Positions 35,227-43,312 are shown, counted from the stretch's first letter. The stretch: 44,303 nt of DNA from a virus (IMGVR_UViG_3300031820_000009:1-44303), one strand, 5' to 3'. A program made the numbers and translations. Notes: generated by a model not told the origin, from the sequence alone.

Positions 35227-35744
35227 CGCTCAAGATCACGCAAATCCCAGCGCATCCGTCCAACTACAATCCGAATCCGCGCGACACCTCTGTAATCGAT
35301 CTGATCGTCATCCATATCACCGACGGACACGGAGATCCCCTCGCTACGGCAGGGATGTTCGCCACGCCACGCGACCGTCGAGATCCTCCACGCGCCTCCT
35401 CCGCCCATTACGTGGTCGGTCAAGACGGAACGATCGTGCAATGCGTCCCGATCGATCACACCGCGTATCACGCGCACGGCTGCAACTATCGATCGATCGC
35501 CATCGAGCATTGCGCGCGCGCGCCAAAGGAATTGCGATCAGACGACCCGGGATTACCTATCAGCGCGCCGCAGTATCTCGCGAGTGCTAGGCTGGTTTCC
35601 TCGCTCTGCGAGGTGTTATCGCTCCCGAAAACGCGCGCGGTGATTCGTGGGCATTGCGAGGCTGACCCGGCGACATCCCACAAAGATTGCCCCAATGCGA
35701 TCTGGGATTGGGCGCATTACATGACGCTCGTAAGCGCTACTTAA
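35223..35744 (+). CDS. Endolysin, N-acetylmuramoyl-L-alanine amidase (Amidase_2)
   Basis: LIVIHIT, SAHYVVG.DG.I.QCV, AYHA, N..SIAIE, GH, HKDCP zinc-amidase motifs. Confidence 0.92.
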   Translation: MTLKITQIPAHPSNYNPNPRDTSVIDLIVIHITDGHGDPLATAGMFATPRDRRDPPRASSAHYVVGQDGTIVQCVPIDHTAYHAHGCNYRSIAIEHCARAPKELRSDDPGLPISAPQYLASARLVSSLCEVLSLPKTRAVIRGHCEADPATSHKDCPNAIWDWAHYMTLVSAT

Positions 35745-35837
35745 AATGCGAGGTTCTCATGTTAGATCCAGATAAAGCAATCCGCGCGGCTGAGGAGCAA
35801 GTCGAAGCGGCGGCAAGACACGTGGAGGAATGGTGTA

Positions 35838-36281
35838 ATGAGCGAAAACGTGCCGCATCCCGTCGCACCGACGCCCGAAGAACAAATAACCGCACGGCTC
35901 GCCCGGATCGAGCACTGGATCGCGCGGCTGGCGCACACGGTAGGAAATCACTCCGCGCAGTTTGACGCGCACGTCGCCAACGTGCGCGAGGAGCTTGCGC
36001 AGATCCACGGAGGTCTGCTGCTCGTCGACGGAACCACCGCACGATTGGAGCGCCGGCTATTCTTGGACGATTCGGAAGATCGCCCAATGAGATCTCCTCG
36101 TAAGACTCCTACAGATCAATTTTCTCTCCCTGCCGGAGTCACAGTCGCGGTTCCACGACACCGCGTGGCGGCGTGGCTTAATGCTTGGCGCGGCCTCAAG
36201 ATCGTCTGGTACGTGAGCATCGGCGTCGTAACTCTGAGCGGCTGGGCGCTGCACCTATGGCGGATGCTTGCACGCCGCTAG
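35838..36281 (+). CDS. Coiled-coil protein with a C-terminal TM helix (holin/antiholin-like)
   Basis: GGAGG SD; IVWYVSIGVVTLSGWALHLW; follows the endolysin. Confidence 0.55.
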   Translation: MSENVPHPVAPTPEEQITARLARIEHWIARLAHTVGNHSAQFDAHVANVREELAQIHGGLLLVDGTTARLERRLFLDDSEDRPMRSPRKTPTDQFSLPAGVTVAVPRHRVAAWLNAWRGLKIVWYVSIGVVTLSGWALHLWRMLARR

Positions 36282-36865
36282 GTGCACAGACCGCACGTCC
36301 AACCCTGCCCACAGTTTTTGCACCACTTAAAACGCCCGCCGTCGCAGCCTACACCGATCTTGGAGAAAGCGCAGCATACTCTCGGAGCAGCTTCGCGGCA
36401 TTCTGCATCGTTGTCGATCGAGGTTGGGAGCGGATCTAAGCAGCATACGTCGCCGCTACAAGTCACGCCCGGTCGCGTACAAGTCGGCGATAGATCTGCT
36501 TGCGTCGGCGCAGGAGAAAGATCATCGACCGGCGCTAAGTCTGCCGCCTTCGGCGGTGAGGCGAGGTCTCCGTCGGCGGCAGCGTCGACGAGGATGCGCG
36601 GCACATCAGCCGTATCCGTGCCCCCCAGATCCGAGGGCGGCAAGCGAATCGCCTGCGGCAACAGATCGCCCGCGAGTGAATCAGCGTCAAATCCGTGATC
36701 GCTGCCGGAGGTAACCGTCGAGCAGCCGAATACGCAACAGGCCACGACCGTCAAAGCGCCCGCTACTCCGATCGCCATCAGCAAATGCGCGACGATATGC
36801 GTCCTCTCACGCCGATCGCGCGCGCACTGCGTCTGATATTCTTTCCAGCTACGTGCATAACGCAT
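36278..36865 (-). CDS. Putative lipoprotein with a D-L-[AS] linker and Cys-rich C-terminal domain
   Basis: AAGGAG SD; hydrophobic stretch ending VFGC; 12 Cys in the last about 70 aa. Confidence 0.7.
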   Translation of the reverse strand: MRYARSWKEYQTQCARDRRERTHIVAHLLMAIGVAGALTVVACCVFGCSTVTSGSDHGFDADSLAGDLLPQAIRLPPSDLGGTDTADVPRILVDAAADGDLASPPKAADLAPVDDLSPAPTQADLSPTCTRPGVTCSGDVCCLDPLPTSIDNDAECREAAPRVCCAFSKIGVGCDGGRFKWCKNCGQGWTCGLCT

Positions 36866-36877
36866 TGGTCAGCTCCT

Positions 36878-37036
36878 TTAATGGATTTGATATTCGTGCG
36901 ATTCCTCATCGAAGGTACGCATTTCATATTTTGCGACCCGCGACAATAAATCGCCTGGCAGGTGCAGGAAGAGTTGCGCAAAAGTCAACCAACACACAGA
37001 CCCGTCGCGCATCGTCACCTTGTATAACACGTGCAT
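36878..37036 (-). CDS. Small hypothetical protein (52 aa, below the ORF-track cutoff)
   Basis: GGGGGAG SD; MHVLYKVTMRDGSVCWLTFAQLFLHLPGDLLSRVAKYEMRTFDEESHEYQIH. Confidence 0.6.
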   Translation of the reverse strand: MHVLYKVTMRDGSVCWLTFAQLFLHLPGDLLSRVAKYEMRTFDEESHEYQIH

Positions 37037-37048
37037 TTGTTCTCCCCC

Positions 37049-37165
37049 TTAGAAAATCGCCTCAAAGGCGAAGCTCCACGTCCAATCGGACGCGCAGACA
37101 AATCCTGCCCGCTCGGCCAAGATCGCGTTGCTTAGTGACCAGAATGCCAATTCTGCATACTGCAT
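37049..37165 (-). CDS. Small hydrophobic peptide (38 aa, below the ORF-track cutoff)
   Basis: GGAGGAGAGGAG upstream; MQYAELAFWSLSNAILAERAGFVCASDWTWSFAFEAIF. Confidence 0.5.
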   Translation of the reverse strand: MQYAELAFWSLSNAILAERAGFVCASDWTWSFAFEAIF

Positions 37166-37261
37166 GTATTTCTGCAACTCCTCTCCTCCGTCTGCGCACA
37201 AGCGAGACTCGGGCGGGCTGTGTCGATCCTAGTCGCGATCGGCAAGCGATCGCGTCTCGAA

Positions 37262-37468
37262 TTAACGCGCTACAATCCTCGCCGACGGATATGCTTTTTT
37301 GAGCGCTCGACGCAGCGATTTTTCCTCATCGATTCCGTATCGATCCGCATCTATCGGCGCGTCCAACTTGGCGCTGTCGGTGATGACCTCCCCGTCAGCG
37401 GAGATCACTTCCCAATACCAGCCCTTCGGCGCTCCAACCTGATCGTCCCACGTCACGGTGATCAACAT
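37262..37468 (-). CDS. Early small protein, paralog A
   Basis: GGAGGGG SD before ATG 37468; GWYWEV...TDS.K.DA..DAD...L..AL..AYP. Confidence 0.75.
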   Translation of the reverse strand: MLITVTWDDQVGAPKGWYWEVISADGEVITDSAKLDAPIDADRYGIDEEKSLRRALKKAYPSARIVAR

Positions 37469-37486
37469 CGTCCCCTCCATGTTCTG

Positions 37487-37515
37487 AATATAAGCCATGC
37501 GGTCGGGATTGTCAA
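37487..37515 (-). promoter_or_regulatory. Strong sigma70-like early promoter TTGACA-N17-TATATT (copy 1)
   Basis: Near-consensus hexamers; duplicated at 38441-38469. Confidence 0.8.
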
Positions 37516-37856
37516 GGGGCTATTTTCGTCCAACATTTCAAGTAGTTGCCCTCCCACGGGCCGGTTGCCATGAGGCAAGCCTCGTAGGTGTATCCAGCGC
37601 GACGAAGCCAACGATAAGCGGTCATCGTTTGGTGCCGCCACGCTGGTGTGCCAGCGTGGCGACAAACGATGCCGACATAATACGCATCCTCGTGCATCGA
37701 CACCGTAGTGCCGTCTGGCAATCGCATCTTCCTCGTCGCAGAGGGACGTCCGCCAAGTCTGCCATTGCGGCGCGCGGCCTCCGCCTTCGCGGCAGTTTTC
37801 GCCCTCCCTCCGCGCCGGCCGAGTGAGACGGCAGCCGGATTTTTTCGCGCGCTCAT
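37512..37856 (-). CDS. Small basic protein with a KNPAAV.LG..GG / AAR.NG..GGRP motif
   Basis: GGAGG SD before ATG 37856; basic Gly/Arg-rich N-terminus. Confidence 0.65.
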   Translation of the reverse strand: MSARKNPAAVSLGRRGGRAKTAAKAEAARRNGRLGGRPSATRKMRLPDGTTVSMHEDAYYVGIVCRHAGTPAWRHQTMTAYRWLRRAGYTYEACLMATGPWEGNYLKCWTKIAP

Positions 37857-37907
37857 TCTCGCCTCCACCCTGAACATTTTTCGTCCAGGACACAGTCCAT
37901 TGGAATT

Positions 37908-38147
37908 TTACAAGACATCAAAGCTCCCGTCCCGGTACACGCGGCGATGCCCCTGCACGCGCGGATAAGTCAGGTCGATCCAAGCCCTCTGACCCATCAG
38001 CTCCAGGGCCAATTGGGCGACGGAATCACCTGCCAGTGCGACCTGTTCTACGCTCCAGTGGACGTCTCCATCGGTGCAGTCCTCCGGGACGTCGTCCACG
38101 GAGACGAAAGCCTCGTCGTCGGTCACGAAGTCAACGATGATCTTCAT
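37908..38147 (-). CDS. Small acidic hypothetical protein
   Basis: ATGA overlap with the upstream gene; MKIIVDFVTDDEAF... Confidence 0.6.
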   Translation of the reverse strand: MKIIVDFVTDDEAFVSVDDVPEDCTDGDVHWSVEQVALAGDSVAQLALELMGQRAWIDLTYPRVQGHRRVYRDGSFDVL

Positions 38148-38419
38148 CTGCCGTCCTCGGGGAACTCGATCACGGCGCCGGGATATGCCTCCTCCAGGGC
38201 AGCAGCCAGCGATTCCGACTCGATGAAATCGTCCGCATCCACAAGCGCGTCGACCTTTTGCGAATCGGTGGCCACACGGCCATCGACGATTATCTCGTAG
38301 TACCACCCCGCGAAGTCGGGGCGTATATCCCACCAGCACCGTATCGTGGGCATTATTCCCCCTCCCAATCCACGCCTGATCTCGTTGTCGTGCTCGTCGG
38401 AGAATCCGTAATTTTCCAT
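38144..38419 (-). CDS. Early small protein, paralog B
   Basis: GGAGGG SD before ATG 38419 (alternative start at MPTIRC); GWYYEI...TDS.K.DA..DAD...L..AL..AYP. Confidence 0.75.
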   Translation of the reverse strand: MENYGFSDEHDNEIRRGLGGGIMPTIRCWWDIRPDFAGWYYEIIVDGRVATDSQKVDALVDADDFIESESLAAALEEAYPGAVIEFPEDGR

Positions 38420-38440
38420 GTCTCGTCCCTCCATGCTTTG

Positions 38441-38469
38441 AATATAAGCCATCCGGATAGGTTTGTCAA
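38441..38469 (-). promoter_or_regulatory. Strong sigma70-like early promoter TTGACA-N17-TATATT (copy 2)
   Basis: Near-consensus hexamers; shares ATGGCTTATATTCA...CATGGAGGG with copy 1. Confidence 0.8.
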
Positions 38470-38508
38470 GGGGGTTGCGTGCGAAGATAAAACTCCCAGA
38501 AATTTCGA

Positions 38509-38748
38509 TTACTTAGCCGACGATGCTGGACGGCCGGGCTGTCGCGAGGTCTCCGTGTAGAGATCGTGATAGCGCCCCTCGCGCAACCATTTGTCCAGCG
38601 TGCGATGATTGATGCCGAGTGCGTGTGCGGCGCGGCGGACATTACCGCCCTCGCCGCGTAACGCTGCACGCACAGCGTCGCGCTCGTGCGTCGTAGCGAG
38701 CGCCCGTAAGCGCGTCGCCTCACGCAGTTTCGCACGCAGATCGATCAT
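38509..38748 (-). CDS. Fis-type helix-turn-helix protein
   Basis: ERDAVRAAL...GGNVRRAAHALGINHRTLDKWL. Confidence 0.8.
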   Translation of the reverse strand: MIDLRAKLREATRLRALATTHERDAVRAALRGEGGNVRRAAHALGINHRTLDKWLREGRYHDLYTETSRQPGRPASSAK

Positions 38749-38930
38749 GCGCGCACCTCGCCGTCTAGCAGTTCGCGCCGTGCGCTCTCGGAGAGCGCAG
38801 AGACGCGCTCTAAGATCAGACGTATCTGCGCGCCCAGCGAACGATGACTCGCACGCGCATCGCGCTGTAGATCGGTCTTGAGGCGGCGACCCACACGTAC
38901 CGTTAGATGGTCGTCTTTTCGTTTGTCCAA
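38745..38930 (-). CDS. Arc-like ribbon-helix-helix regulator
   Basis: HLTVRV...LK..L...A....RSLGAQIRLIL; GAGGGAG SD with TTG start. Confidence 0.78.
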   Translation of the reverse strand: MDKRKDDHLTVRVGRRLKTDLQRDARASHRSLGAQIRLILERVSALSESARRELLDGEVRA

Positions 38931-38934
38931 TTTT

Positions 38935-38980
38935 CGCTCCCTCGTCGGTAAGTATACGTGGGGGAGCGTTTCCAGCGCAA
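38935..38980 (-). promoter_or_regulatory. Promoter TTGCGC-N18-TATACT with a CGCTCCC/GGGAGCG inverted repeat
   Basis: -10 at 38951-38956, -35 at 38975-38980; IR arms at 38935-38941 and 38962-38968. Confidence 0.5.
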
Positions 38981-38981
38981 G

Positions 38982-39215
38982 CTAGAAGAATAGAGATCGA
39001 ACCTCGGGCGACCGCGTGCAGTCTGCGCAAGCGGCAACGCAATTCGCAAGCGTGAAGCGTCCCGTCGGATCAACACGAACCACGCTGATCTCCGATAGAG
39101 CAAGCGCACGCACGCAAAATCGACAGCACACCACGCCACCCACCGAGTCCCGCGCCACGATGCGCGCGCGCCTGCGACGCCGATCATAACTATTCCCCCG
39201 GATGTATGACCTCAT
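38982..39215 (-). CDS. HNH-like zinc-finger protein, apparently lacking the catalytic His
   Basis: RGNSYDRRRRR, C..C, ISVVRVDP in place of DH, G....N..AAC..C; AAGGAG SD. Confidence 0.65.
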   Translation of the reverse strand: MRSYIRGNSYDRRRRRARIVARDSVGGVVCCRFCVRALALSEISVVRVDPTGRFTLANCVAACADCTRSPEVRSLFF

Positions 39216-39346
39216 CGTTGCTCCTTTGCCACGAGCGGCGGCAACTCGATCGGCGGCGCAACATACCCGCAACCGCGCGTGCAGTTGCGCATCAGCGGGC
39301 TGATCGGGCCGCGACAACGCGGGCAGATCTCAAGCTTGCCGCTCAT
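39212..39346 (-). CDS. Small zinc-ribbon protein
   Basis: CPRC...CTRGCG; ATGA overlaps at both ends. Confidence 0.6.
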   Translation of the reverse strand: MSGKLEICPRCRGPISPLMRNCTRGCGYVAPPIELPPLVAKEQR

Positions 39347-39840
39347 CGCTGCACCTCGGCCGACCATCCACATGCGACACATTCTCCTGTGGGCGATTCG
39401 CGCGTTCCCTCGTGCTCGCAAAGCGTGCATCGAACGCGCGCGTGCGGCGACTGTGTATTCTGCGGAGCCTCCAGCACAGCACGCTCACTCGCAAGATCTC
39501 GATTCGCTTCTCGCGCCGCGCTGAACTTCTCTCCATATCGACTGCGAAGCTTCGCGATGTTGCGCTCCATGCAGTCGCTCAGCTTGTATCCGCACGCGTC
39601 GAGCGCGAGTGAGATATACCACAGAAGATCTCCACACTCCTCGATCACGTTGGTGGGATCGAAATCCCGACCGTACATCAAGTGCTTTTTGAGCCCATCT
39701 TGCAACTCTCCGGCTTCGGTGCACGCCCCGAACGCAGCATGTAACAGTCGGGAAATCATCTTCCCATCGTCGCCAGGAACGATCTCAGGGGTGTGCTCAG
39801 TCTTAAGAGCCTCTCGCTGATACTCGTCTGCCGTCATCAT
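39343..39840 (-). CDS. mazG: MazG-like all-alpha NTP pyrophosphohydrolase with a C-terminal zinc ribbon
   Basis: YQ..A..T, EAGE..D..KK, EECGDLLWY, NIAKL..RY; tail CTLC...CVAC. Confidence 0.88.
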   Translation of the reverse strand: MMTADEYQREALKTEHTPEIVPGDDGKMISRLLHAAFGACTEAGELQDGLKKHLMYGRDFDPTNVIEECGDLLWYISLALDACGYKLSDCMERNIAKLRSRYGEKFSAAREANRDLASERAVLEAPQNTQSPHARVRCTLCEHEGTRESPTGECVACGWSAEVQR

Positions 39841-42782
39841 GTGTCACTCCATCTACGGCCCTTAGCCGCCTCTACGGGGAATTTCATCGCCCCTTCAACA
39901 CCCATCGACAGCTCTTGTTCCATAGCCAAGCGCTGAAACTCGACCAAGCGATCGCCATCCTCCTCGTCGCCCTCCGCCACGAGGGAATCGTGTCCATTGA
40001 TCAACAGATCTACAGGACCGCACCACATGGAGTAACCTCGCTCGCGCATCTCGGATACCCAAGCAGCGGAGAGCAATCCATGCCCGTACAACTCGTCGAG
40101 TTGGAGTAGTTCAGGCCGCGTGAGTGCGACGAATCGGAATATACCTTTCGCGAGCAAAGAAGCCGCGAAGGCTTGGATCGGGAAGTTGTACACGACGTTC
40201 GGGTTGAAGTTCCCCAATGGGAACAATCGCACGCGCCCAAGAAGCTGCTCACGGATCTCTCGGTTGAGCCGCGCGCTCACTTCTTGCTCGTTTCGCCAAC
40301 GGACCACACCCGACATTTTCTGATTGATGCGATCGATGACAGCTTGCAGACCGGATAGCTGCACCTCGGGGAAGTCTTTGACGATCGACTCGTAGACCGT
40401 CTCAGCCTTGCCGCCATAGATCCCACAGTACTCCGCGCGTTTGGTCAAATCCCGCAGTCGGCTCCATGTCGCCTGCGGTTTAGCGAGTCTCGCTCGCGTT
40501 ACATCGTCTAGTCCAGTCACCTTTGAGAGATCCGCTTTCATTTTCAATCTTATTCCATTCTGCTGACAGATCTCCTTGTACTCCGCTTCCGCGTCAGTGA
40601 ACTTCGCGCCGAAGCACTCAACAGCGAAAGCCGCGTGAGGATCCAATCCTCGATTGAAAATATCCAAGATGAAAGCATCACGTGCGAGATAGCCTGCGAT
40701 GCGCAGCTCCAATTGCTCGAAGTCCGCACCGACGAGGATTCGCCCGTGCCCAAGCATCGCACGCATCCGAATCTTAGGATCGACGGCCCCGAGGGGTAGC
40801 GCGAGGATCTCACTCGCTGTCGGCGCCGTTACGATGGCGCGAGGGTTTTCTCGCGGGCAAATCAAATCGCCGGAAGGACGTCGACGAAAGCTGCCGTCGG
40901 GGAGCTGCTCGGGAGGCCAACCACTCACAAATTTCGGCACGTTCTGCCCTCGCCCACCCCAGCGACCCGTGATCTTCGGACCGTACTCCGGGTGGACGCG
41001 ACCGTCCACCTGAACAGGTAATCCATCGATATACGTCGCCAGGAGGTGTTGCGCTTCGCGAAGGTGAATCAACGATCGCATGAGCGGATGCCGACCGGCC
41101 GCTGCCTCCATCGCCTTCTTGTCCGTCACCGGCGCACCTTTGACGGTGTAATCAGTAATCGGGATTCGCAACACCTCGAATAGCGCGACCAAGTCATTTT
41201 TCGACTTCGGCTTAAACAAGCCGATCTGCGTCGCGCTCACGTCGCGCTCTGCGATCTCTCGCCAACGCAGATCAACGCGCTCCGTGTAGCTGCCTGGGTC
41301 CCGCTTGCGCTGCTTCTGCGCGAGGATTCGCGCGAGCGCATCGCGCCACTTACCCTCGATCGCAGCGAAATCTTGGGTGAGCTGCCCCCGCATATGATCG
41401 AGCCGCGCGTGTTGCACGGCGGACTGCCGAGCGCGCTCGACTCTGTCTATGTAATATCCAGTCCGTCGCATGTGTGTCGCGACGGAGAACTGCTGCCGAT
41501 CTGCCTCGTATACTCGCTCGGTGCGGTTAGCTTCGATCCGCCTAGTAAGCTCGGGGCGGAGCATCGCGCACGCATAAGCGTCTCGTCCGTTATACAAGAC
41601 CAGAGAAGCCTCGTCCTTCTCGCCGCGACGAAACTCCGCCTTCCACGGAGGGACGACGAAGAATTGCGTTGCGATTTGATCGAGCTTGTGCGGTAGACCG
41701 GGGAATGCGGCGTGGTGTTGCAAGAGCGTATCGTCGATGGGACCACCAATCGGCAACCCGTGCCGCGGAAGTACGATCGAGTCAAAAATTCGATTTTGAA
41801 TCACGCATCGCAGGGAAGATCGAAACAGTTGACGAAGTCCCGACAACGCCTCCGGCACCGCATTCCATGCCCTCCAAGTCGCTGCGATCCCCCCTCGGGT
41901 AGTCGCAGCGGCTATAGCGGTCAGATTGCAACGGATCGAATCCTTGCCGTCAGTCTCCACGTCGGTTGCGTACTCGCCAATCTCCTTCGCTTCCATGTGT
42001 ACTCTCTCGATCGCTCCGACAAATTCGCGAGGATCGCAAGGTTCCCCACCCCCACGAAGGAGCCGATCATCATCGTGCGTGAAGAGATCTAGCTCGTCAC
42101 GCCAAGGCTCGACTAAGCCGTGCGCGAGACGATGCGCCTTCGACAAATCGTACAGAAAAAAGTAGAACAGCAAGTCTACCGTCGCAGTGCTCTCGCCTCC
42201 CGGCTGATCTGTCTCTCCGTTACCACCTCGAAGAATATGCGCAGGATGAAATGTAGATGTGAATTTAGGCGGAGGACAATCGTCTACGCCCTCCCAGATG
42301 TCCCCCGCAAGCGGGAGGAGCGCACCCCGCACCGTCGTAATTCCCAGCTTACCGTCGCCGATCGCCTTGAGTGCGTAGGCGCCCGTAGCAAGCACAACAC
42401 GCGGTCGGAGCCTACGTAGCTCCGTGAGTAGCCTTGGGCGACACGCCGCAACAGCCGCCTCTTTCATCCCGTCTGCGGCGGATGGGATCGGGCCGCACGC
42501 GGCCGCGTTGAGGATCGCAATCTCTCCACGCGCGACGCCTCCCTTAGCGCATGCGTAATCGAGGAGCTTCCCCGACGGGCCAACGAAGGGACGGCCAAGC
42601 TGCACCTCTCGCCTACCTGGAGCTTCGCCCACGATCGCCACCGCCGGCGGATTCGTCCCGTGATACTCAGAGGCCACGGGCCGACCGGGGGCGCCGTTGC
42701 GTCCGAGGGGACAGCGCGCGCAATCGGCGCCGTCCATCAGCAGCCGCAAATGGAGCGGCGATATGCGCTCCGATGCAATCAC
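39837..42782 (-). CDS. polA: Family A DNA polymerase with an N-terminal family-4 uracil-DNA glycosylase and a 3'-5' exonuclease
   Basis: UDG: CARCPL, VGEAPG, RPFVGPSG, NAAAC, FHPA; exo: DVETDG, QNRIFD, YNGRDA; pol: ADFEQLELR, RDLTKRAEYCGIYG, NFPIQ, GHDSL. Confidence 0.93.
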   Translation of the reverse strand: MIASERISPLHLRLLMDGADCARCPLGRNGAPGRPVASEYHGTNPPAVAIVGEAPGRREVQLGRPFVGPSGKLLDYACAKGGVARGEIAILNAAACGPIPSAADGMKEAAVAACRPRLLTELRRLRPRVVLATGAYALKAIGDGKLGITTVRGALLPLAGDIWEGVDDCPPPKFTSTFHPAHILRGGNGETDQPGGESTATVDLLFYFFLYDLSKAHRLAHGLVEPWRDELDLFTHDDDRLLRGGGEPCDPREFVGAIERVHMEAKEIGEYATDVETDGKDSIRCNLTAIAAATTRGGIAATWRAWNAVPEALSGLRQLFRSSLRCVIQNRIFDSIVLPRHGLPIGGPIDDTLLQHHAAFPGLPHKLDQIATQFFVVPPWKAEFRRGEKDEASLVLYNGRDAYACAMLRPELTRRIEANRTERVYEADRQQFSVATHMRRTGYYIDRVERARQSAVQHARLDHMRGQLTQDFAAIEGKWRDALARILAQKQRKRDPGSYTERVDLRWREIAERDVSATQIGLFKPKSKNDLVALFEVLRIPITDYTVKGAPVTDKKAMEAAAGRHPLMRSLIHLREAQHLLATYIDGLPVQVDGRVHPEYGPKITGRWGGRGQNVPKFVSGWPPEQLPDGSFRRRPSGDLICPRENPRAIVTAPTASEILALPLGAVDPKIRMRAMLGHGRILVGADFEQLELRIAGYLARDAFILDIFNRGLDPHAAFAVECFGAKFTDAEAEYKEICQQNGIRLKMKADLSKVTGLDDVTRARLAKPQATWSRLRDLTKRAEYCGIYGGKAETVYESIVKDFPEVQLSGLQAVIDRINQKMSGVVRWRNEQEVSARLNREIREQLLGRVRLFPLGNFNPNVVYNFPIQAFAASLLAKGIFRFVALTRPELLQLDELYGHGLLSAAWVSEMRERGYSMWCGPVDLLINGHDSLVAEGDEEDGDRLVEFQRLAMEQELSMGVEGAMKFPVEAAKGRRWSDT

Positions 42783-43312
42783 GCGGGCTCGGGCGTTCCG
42801 TATCGCACGCGCAACCAGCGCCCAACGTAATCAAGCAAGCTCGTACAGCGCGGTATTTCAGGATTATTCGTCGGCCCGTATGGCTCGAACCGCATCCCAA
42901 TGAGTTTGTTGATTAGCTGATCAGGATCGGCGCCGCTCTGAAGTGCGATACTGAAGGCAGTCGCGAATCCTTCCATCATGCCCGAGATGAGCGCTCCCAT
43001 TTTGGAAACGGTAATGAAAATCTCTCCTAATCGTCCGTCTGCGTACTCGCCCGTTCGGATGTACCCGTCAATTTCCTCAAGGGCCGTGGATCCCTCACCA
43101 TGCTCAAGCGGCGTAGCCGCATAGAGCACCGTGAAATGATGTGTTCGCCCGCTACGATCATCTGCCAGCCGCTCGCGGCGACCTGCCGCGCCCAACTCCG
43201 CTGTGGCAAATATCGACGCCATCAGCGATCCATCGATCGCGACCTTGCCGTCCTTTCTCGGCTTGCTCGCATCCCGTACCTCCGAAATTTCCAAGGCAGT
43301 TAATCGCTTCAT
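42779..43312 (-). CDS. Stand-alone class II ribonucleotide reductase C-terminal (TSCPD/NrdJb-like) domain protein
   Basis: GYI.TGEY.DGRLGEIFI..SK.G..ISGMM..FA...SIALQ.G, RFEP.G.T.NP.I...TS..DY..RWL; GGGAG SD. Confidence 0.8.
   Translation of the reverse strand: MKRLTALEISEVRDASKPRKDGKVAIDGSLMASIFATAELGAAGRRERLADDRSGRTHHFTVLYAATPLEHGEGSTALEEIDGYIRTGEYADGRLGEIFITVSKMGALISGMMEGFATAFSIALQSGADPDQLINKLIGMRFEPYGPTNNPEIPRCTSLLDYVGRWLRVRYGTPEPA

Noticed and set aside
35759-35965. Extra lysis gene (MLDPDKAIRAAEEQ...)
   Set aside because: Overlaps the better supported 35838 gene by about 128 nt; cannot be supported from sequence alone
37469-38452. Shared N-terminal peptide MAYIQ.MEG in the ORF track
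   Set aside because: It is the translated promoter -10 and SD repeat; true starts are more likely 37468 and 38419
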